From Chrysomallon squamiferum (lineage: Eukaryota; Animalia; Mollusca), in assembly GCA_012295275.1 (NCBI GenBank), contig CM022675.1, positions 8,928,001 to 8,992,000 of the forward strand: a stretch of DNA of 64,000 bases. Reading direction: 5' to 3'. The translations under genes were made by a program, and so were the position numbers. The notes below the pieces were generated by a model. It was not told the DNA's origin, made no database searches, and saw only the letters and a program-made list of their open reading frames with translations. This document shows positions 56,057-64,000 of the stretch, piece after piece (the stretch's first letter is position 1; each line of letters starts with the position of its first letter).

Positions 56057-56328
56057 CTAGATGTAGAATAATTTTAGTTTTATGGACCATTTTTATACGT
56101 TCTACTTGGTTATTTTGAATTTCTATTTATTTAATTGTTTTGTTAGTGCTAATTTTAGAAAATTTCTTGTTACACAATCATTGTTAATTTGTTAACAGTT
56201 GTTTTATTTAAAGATGTTTCTGTTTATTAATAGTTTAAAATTGTTATTATTATGATGATGATGATGATGACTGCTGTAGTAGTTGCAGTCAGCATTTTTA
56301 TGTTCATCTGTTGTAGTAAGGTATTGTT

Positions 56329-56361
<33 letters not shown>

Positions 56362-58108
56362 GTAGTTTTAGTGTTTATAGTAGTAGTCAACATTTTTATT
56401 GTTTTAGTTAATAACTTTATTAGCTATTTCCAAAGAAACCATATCATACACACACACACACACACACGCATACACAGACATACACACCTGGATACTTATA
56501 CACACATACATTCAAAGATACACATAAAGACACATGTACACACATACTCATGCACACTGATAATTGAATCTGTATGTGTAATATTATTAGAAAAAAACTG
56601 CCAAAATTTTAGTCTATTTTGATATTATTATATTATGCATGTTACAAATGTTATTGGAAGATTTTATTTTTGGGAAAAATACCTGGTTTAATCTGAAACA
56701 AATAATAATAAAAAAAAGATTATTAAATTAATTAATTAAAAAGTTTTTCTTCTTCATATAGAAACCTGTTTAAGTTAAAGGATATTAGAAAACTAGATTT
56801 CCTATTGTTTTTATTCTAGATCCCATACAGAACATAAATAGGAATGTATGGACTTACTGGAATTTTCAGGGGCCATATTTGCATACTGTTAGGGACCTCT
56901 GAGGGGCAATAATGAATGAATTGATCTACCAATCAGAAATCTGTTTAAGGAAAGAATTTTTGGAAAACTGGATTCCAAAAAGTTTTTACTTCACAAAACT
57001 TCAATCTTTATGGACTTTTCAGTACTTTTAAGAACCAAATCCACATGATTATTATGGACCATTCAGAAATATATATTTAAGGAAAGAGTTCTTATGGACC
57101 ATTCTATAGAAATATATGGACTTTTTAGTTCTTTTAAGGACCAGGTCCATATGAAAGAACCAGTCCTGTTGAGATTTCAAATACATAAAGAAATTTATGG
57201 ACATTTCAAATTGTTTTTATTCAAGGTGGTGGTTTATAAAACATAAATAGATGCATACCAGATGCATAATTTTATGTGGTTTCTTTTTTATGAACTTTTG
57301 ACATAAATTTTTTGTCCCAAAATATAAGAATATTTAAGGACAACTTTGGAATATTGGAATTTTCAAGGAAAATGATGAAAAAGACAATGGTAAACACAAA
57401 AATATTTTTTTTATGGACCTTTACTGACTTTTTAAGGTTGTCTTGAAATTAAAAGGATTAAAAGGATTGAAAGGATTTTGGAATGTTGGACTTTAATGGT
57501 TTTTAAAGCCCTGTGAGAAATACATTTCATTTAAAGCGAATTCTTATCTTTTTCAAGATCTGAGTCCATTGATTCATTTAACAGCAGGAATTTAAGCCAC
57601 ATTTTAAGTAGAAAATGCACAGACTGTTGGATGAAAGGACGATATACCACAGATTCTGTTACAATTTGAATCCATGAAACTTCTGAAGTGGTTACCATAG
57701 ATACAGATGAAGTGAAAAGTAGGACTGCTTGTTTATAGAAGCAACTGAAGGTGCTCATGAGATGAGATTGAATTAATTGATTCTCAATTTAGAGTAAGTC
57801 TGGATAATAAAAAGATTAAATATCTAACGAAATACAAAAAACAACAGACTCATTTCAACAAGGAATAAATTTTATATAATCAAAAAACAATTTATAAACT
57901 GTTTAAACATGTTTTTTTTTTTTTTTGTTGTTGTTGTTGTTTTCAGGGTTGACAAATCAACATGGAAACAATGAATTAAGACAAATTATTGGACATCTAT
58001 GATTACGAAGATAAAACTGACAAACACCACATTAAAAACAACTGATTCTATTGATGTTCATGTCACCTGGAGAATTTTGGTGATTATTTTTTCTTTTGTA
58101 TCTATTTT

Positions 58109-58185
<77 letters not shown>

Positions 58186-58699
58186 AATAAATAAATATTT
58201 AAAATTAATATTTATATAATAAATAAAAATTTATAACAATAAAAATTTATAATCTTGATCATAATACAATAGAAGTAAAAATATATTTTTTTTAAAATTG
58301 AAATAATTTTTGGTTTGCTAGTTAAATATTATACTTGTAAAAATAAACACTTCATTTATTAGAGGTTTGATTATCAACAACAATTTCTTTTGATATGTTT
58401 ATGACTTCTTCAATAAATAAATAATTCAAATAAAAGAGGTTTAGTTTTGTAAATGCTGAGAAATTGATTGAAAGTTTTGGCTTTAAAGCTTTCGAAAGGG
58501 GAAGTAATTCTGATTAATCATTATAGAGTGCTTTCCCTTTGTTCATAATAATACCTTTCCTGTGTTTAGAAACCCATCAGTGTCTCTTCAGATAGTGAAA
58601 CTTTATTCTTATTAAAGGATTTTTTCAAAATAATGTTTAATACGTATTAATTAATAGTTTGAAATGCCAAAATTTAAAGATCTTGATTGTCACATGTCA

Positions 58700-59600
58700 A
58701 GATAAAATATTCTGATCAGTCTTTGTGTCTGAATCAAGTTTCTAGATCAGTCATTATATTGTCTAAAATAGATATCTTACAAGTCATTGAAATTTATAAT
58801 AATTTATTTAAAACTGAACTGTCTAAATGAGAGACTTACTGAACTATCTCAAATAAATTTATAAAATACAGTTATTATGTTCAATTTCAGATTCTAAGTA
58901 CTCGTTAATTTTCAAACCAAGTTTCTTTATTGGTTAAAAAAAAAAGATTCTAAAATAATCAAGAAAATGACTAAATTAAGTTTCTGGGGACTGGCCACTG
59001 AAGTGACTAAATAAAGATTGTAGATAGGTCAATAAAATTTCTAAATTAAATTTCTAAGCTCATCAATAACATTTCTGAGTCAAGTTTTAGATAAGCTTCT
59101 AAAATTAAATAATCAAATTTCTGTGTTAATCAGTTTCCTAGACTAACCATTAAAATAATTAAATCAGATTTCTAGACTGGTCAATTTCTAAATCATGTTT
59201 TTTACACTGATCAATAAAAATGCCTAAAACAAGTCTCTAGATAGGTCAGTAAAAATTTCTGAATTTTCTTAACTGGTGACTAATACAACTAAATCAAAGT
59301 TTTTAATTGGTCCATTTCTCTATCAAGTTTCTAGATTGATCAATAAAATGCCTAAATCAGGTTTCTATACTGGTCAGTTTCTAAATCAAGTTTCTGGACT
59401 AATCAGTAAATATAATAAATTAAGTATAAAAAAAAAAAAATTTAAAATTTAAAAAAAAATAAAAATAAAAATAAAATTAAAATTAAAAATTAAATAATAA
59501 TAAAAATAAGTAAATCAAGTTTCTAGACTGATTGCAATGATATCCATATTTTCAGACTCTTGTCAATAATGTCTAAATAAAGATACCAGAATATCTAAAT
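58700..59600. repeat. Degenerate tandem repeat of about 25-33 bp
   Basis: Recurrent aaatcaagtttctagactggtcaat variants. Confidence 0.7.
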
Positions 59601-60659
59601 CACTTCTGTAGAGTTTTAGAACTGGGTAATTTTATAATAATCACTAGCATTTTATTCCAGTATATTTTTTTTTTATTTATTTATATTTAATTTTAATTTT
59701 AATTTTTTTTATTCTTTTTGTTATTTTAGTGGTTAAAATCAAGAGATTTTAAAAATACTTTCTAATTTGCCCTGTTAATTGTGATACGAGATAGTCTAGT
59801 ACATAAAATTTAGAAATGATTTTTTTTCATCATCTGATGTTCAATGATTTCCCTCTTGTACATTAATTTATCATTTCACTGTTTGCACACTTACTTCATC
59901 ATTTTTGCACACTAGTTCATCATTCTGCACAAACTTAATTTAAGGGTACCTAAAAAAAGACCATTTTTGATTAATCAAATTTAACAATATACATGTAAAT
60001 TTTAAGGAGAATTGGATTTCATGAACTGTATTTTTAAGTAAAAACAAATAATAGTGGAAAAAAGGTTTTCATAGTGAATGAATTATAGTAGTGGCAATAG
60101 CATCACTACTAATAGTAATGATAGTAATACTAGCACTAGTTATGGAAGTAGTTGTACTAATAGTATAATACTGGTAGTACCAGTAGTAGTAATAGTAGTA
60201 GTAGTAGTAGTAACTTGTATTGGTATTAATACTATATTGAAATAATAGTTGGTAGTAGTATTATGCTGCAGTCATAGTTGTAGTAGTAGTAGTAGTAGTA
60301 GTAGCTGCAATAAAAGCAGCTCTACGTGATGTTGTAGTAGTTATTTTAACAGAAACAATGCAGTTATTTTTTATATAAAAAAAAAAAAAAAAAAATTATA
60401 TATAATAAAATTCATTACCTGTTACAAGGGTTTATTTTTATAATATATACTTTTGATATGTTTGTTAATTTTCATTATTTCACATATCAAAAAGCTTTTA
60501 TATGTCATCAAACATTTTGACTGGTTGAGAGACAGAAAAAATAACTATTAACTAACCAACCATTATTATTGTATTATTATTATTATTATGCTGTAAATGA
60601 ATTTTGGCAAATGGATTATATATAGATCTTAAATGAATAAATAAATAAATAAATAAATT

Positions 60660-61075
60660 AAAAAAAAACTAGTTGCAAAAGTTTAACAAATAAAATAAAA
60701 TTGCATTAGTTAAATAAATAAAACAAAATAAAACTAAATCACAGCAGTTAAAATAAAATAAATTGCCATTGTTAAAAATAAATTAAATAAATTAAATAAA
60801 TAATAAAATATAAAAAATAAAATATAAAAATTAAATTGCAGCAGTTAAATAAAAAATTAAATTGTCATTGTTACAAAAAAATAAATAAATAATTAAAATA
60901 AAATAAAATAAAATAAATTAAAATAAAATAAAATTACAGCAGTTAAATAAACCCTAATCTTAAGAAATTGATGTTGTAAAAACCAATAAATAAATAAATA
61001 AATAAATGCAGAGTGCAGCAGTAAAATAAATGAATAAATAAATAAATCTAACTGCAGCAGTAAAATAAATGAAAC
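60660..61075. repeat. Degenerate tandem repeat
   Basis: Recurrent aaattgcagcagttaaataaa variants. Confidence 0.65.
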
Positions 61076-62807
61076 AGTCAAAAAAATGAAACAGTAACGA
61101 AGTGCAGAAGTTATTGAAATGAGTAATACGGAACAGAATAAATGGAAATAAATGAGTCAAAAATAAATTTCTAAAACAAACATCTGAAAAATACTTTCAA
61201 GAACCCTGAATTATTTCATATCATGGAATATTTCTCAATGCAGGCAATTCCCACAATAGATTTATCAAAGAACAAAAACAGTTCTGTGTTAAGCTACATA
61301 TTAATGACTTTTTTAGTTCTGTATATTAGAAGATATAATTGGCTATATATATATATTTTTTTTTTTTCTCATCAGTGCATATATGAATATCCATTATACT
61401 AAAAATTACATATATTTGACATTTCTCGTTTTTTTCTTGGCTGATTTCGTGAAATTGTTAATTTTCTGTTACAAATTTTAATGGTTTTTTAATAAATTTG
61501 TAATTCAGTAGATAAAATATTCTTAAAAAATAATTTAAGATTAATTAATCCAGTTTTGTTATTTCAAACCATACATGAAGAATCTTTCATTAAAATAGAT
61601 TAACAATATATTAATGTCATATTTTTTTTTTTTTTAAAGTTAGTAATAAATAAATAAATAAATAAATAAATATTATTAAATGTTTCAAAAAACTTTAAAA
61701 AGACTTATATTTAATACCATATATTAATAAGAATATATAAAAACATTTAAAAAGAAAAAAGATATATTTTTTTTTTTTTTTAAATGAGACAGCAAAACAG
61801 TGTACTGAATTAAAGGACACATAGAAATTAAAATGGGACCAAACATAAATAAAGGGAGGCTATTCTAAAGGGAGCTCACTCTAGTAGAAATATTTAATTG
61901 GCATGCATCTACACTGTAATAAATAAGCATTAATGTTAGATGATATATTAAATCATGCAGGCCTGCACCAAATAGGATTACAATTCCAGGGTGTGTATAC
62001 AAATATTATGGGAGAGGGTGTGTGCACAATAATGAAATTAAGTTACCCAAGTGAGTGAGATTCTAACAAGGACGGTAACTCTGTTTTTGTTTACTGTCTT
62101 CAACCTTGTGCATAAGAAGAGGCATTTATCCCAAAACATTTATAAATCAAGTGAAAGAATTTTGAACAGTTATTATTTAAAAAAAAAAAAATAAAATAAA
62201 TAAATAAATAAATAATGCTTAAAACATTTGACAATAATCCTGAGATTTGTAAGGTTCAGTGAATTATTTTTTTTAAAAATTAAATAAAAATAAAAACTGC
62301 AGCCTTCCCCTAATCATTTTCCATGGCCCAACCCATAATCACATTTACATGAATAAAAAAACTCCATATAAAATTGCATAAAAAGACTTTAAAGAAAATT
62401 TCATAATAATTATGTCATATAACGTTTAGTCAATTGTGAAAATGAATCCTTTTGAACAGGAATCATTGTAACAGATTACATTAAAATCAATGATGATAAT
62501 AAAAGTAAATATCATTACAATACGGCCCTTTAAAAATGTCTCCTTGACAACCAACATGGCTGCTTTTGGGTGTTAAAAATAGTATCTGGGTACAGGCCTG
62601 TCACGTTTTGTCTGTTATGAGACACTGAACGAAATCGACAATCCTTTATCAGAAATCAAAAAATGTTTTTAAAAAAACATCTTTTTTTAAATTTTTTAAA
62701 ATTTTATAAATGCATCACTAGTATAATTCTTTACAGTACATTTTCTTACTTCTCTATGTATCAGGTGAATAATTATTTTTTTTGTGTTGTTTTTTCTTTT
62801 TCTTTTT

Positions 62808-62848
<41 letters not shown>

Positions 62849-62852
62849 TATT

Positions 62853-62891
<39 letters not shown>

Positions 62892-63011
62892 TTATTTATT
62901 TATTTATTTATTTATTATTATTTTTTTTTTTTATTCATTTATTTATTTATTTTTTATTTTTATTTTTTATTTTTTTGTTCTTTTTAAAACAAATCTTCTG
63001 GATCATTTTAC

Positions 63012-63074
63012 CTCCAGTTATTGAAGATTTCGATAAGGGACAGTCAACCAGTATACACTGTTTTAACACAGATT
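63012..63074 (-). other. Possible 63-nt exon of an unidentified minus-strand gene
   Basis: ttgtttgttag|AATCTG...CTGGAG|gtaaaa. Open in phase 1 as (E)SVLKQCILVDCPLSKSSITG. No recognisable domain. Confidence 0.25.
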
Positions 63075-64000
63075 CTAACAAACAAGTTATAGTAATACAC
63101 ATAATTATGTTAAATATTGCACAAAAGTTCAATGTATTAATGGTAATCAACAATGTCATAATAATATTATTACATACTAAGTTTGAAAAAAAAAAATGAA
63201 CACTTATTTTTAATCTAAATGTTTAAAAATTGTCATAAATATCAAAGAAAAGACATTTGGGCACTTAATAGCAGATACATTTACTGATACTTTCCTAATA
63301 ATAAAGTTTATGTTCTTAAATAAAGGACAAAAAGCACCATATTGGAAAAAACATTTTAAAAAAGAGAAAGAGTACAGGTTCCTTACTACTTGCATTATAG
63401 CTAACAATAGTATTCACAGGTAAAAAAGACAGGTAAATATTTCACCTGTAAAAACTATTAATACAGGTATACATCAAAGGCAATTCTAATTATTTTAATT
63501 ACTCATGTAATTTTATGGGGGAGGGAATGAAGATGATAAATAAATCAATAAAAGAAATAAATAAAAATTTGAAAAAGAAATAAATGTATAAAATAAAAAA
63601 TAAATAAATAAATAAATAAATAAAATTATCATACATTCTGTCCAGATAAATAACATGTTGACCAAAACAAACATTTGTTTGCAAACACAACCAAACATGT
63701 TTGCTGTAAATGTTTGATTGTCTTTGACCATTTTAGATATTGTTATCCAAGTATCAGTCACATGATCTCAAACTCGATTCTGACTGGTCAGTTCTTGACA
63801 GAAGCATAACATGACCAAATACAAGTTTTATGAGCTTTCATATCACCAAGCGTTTGTTTGCAAATGTAAGTTTGAATCTGTACACTAACGTCATTTTTTT
63901 AAAAATCATCAAAAATATTTTTCAATACGAAACAGAGTGCTGTGTCGAACAAGTGAATCGGATAACAACAGAAAACAATTTAATTTGAGCAGTTAAAAAC

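Noticed and set aside
63646-63865. Plus-strand exon-like block with AG/GT borders
   Set aside because: Stops in all three frames and no recognisable product.

Overview
This is AT-rich, microsatellite-laden animal genomic DNA. It is probably lophotrochozoan or molluscan, inferred from protein style and repeats. I rebuilt three spliced genes exon by exon from splice sites and reading-frame phase. (1) The 3' 30 coding exons of a BAZ2/toutatis chromatin-remodelling subunit on the + strand (257-28067; MBD/TAM, DDT, WHIM/WSD, tandem PHD, bromodomain), with its start lying left of the window. (2) A complete ATF2/ATF7/CREB5-family bZIP gene on the - strand (49187-39003, about 541 aa), convergent with BAZ2. 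(3) A complete glucose-6-phosphatase catalytic subunit gene on the + strand (51730-56056, about 342 aa), head-to-head with ATF2. The window also holds a Tc1/mariner MITE, a MER2/Tigger-like relic, SINE relics and many minisatellites. The most interesting signal is a 5.2-kb BAZ2 intron with two frame-preserving candidate microexons, bracketed by a long-range RNA duplex with a local competitor strand and Rbfox/QKI motifs. Other notable signals are a frameshift in one BAZ2 exon, two GC-AG introns, a SUMO-motif repeat array in BAZ2, a candidate bidirectional ATF2/G6PC promoter, and Hox-paralogon-type linkage of all three genes. Most short ORFs in the supplied track are microsatellite artefacts. 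No database search was run.
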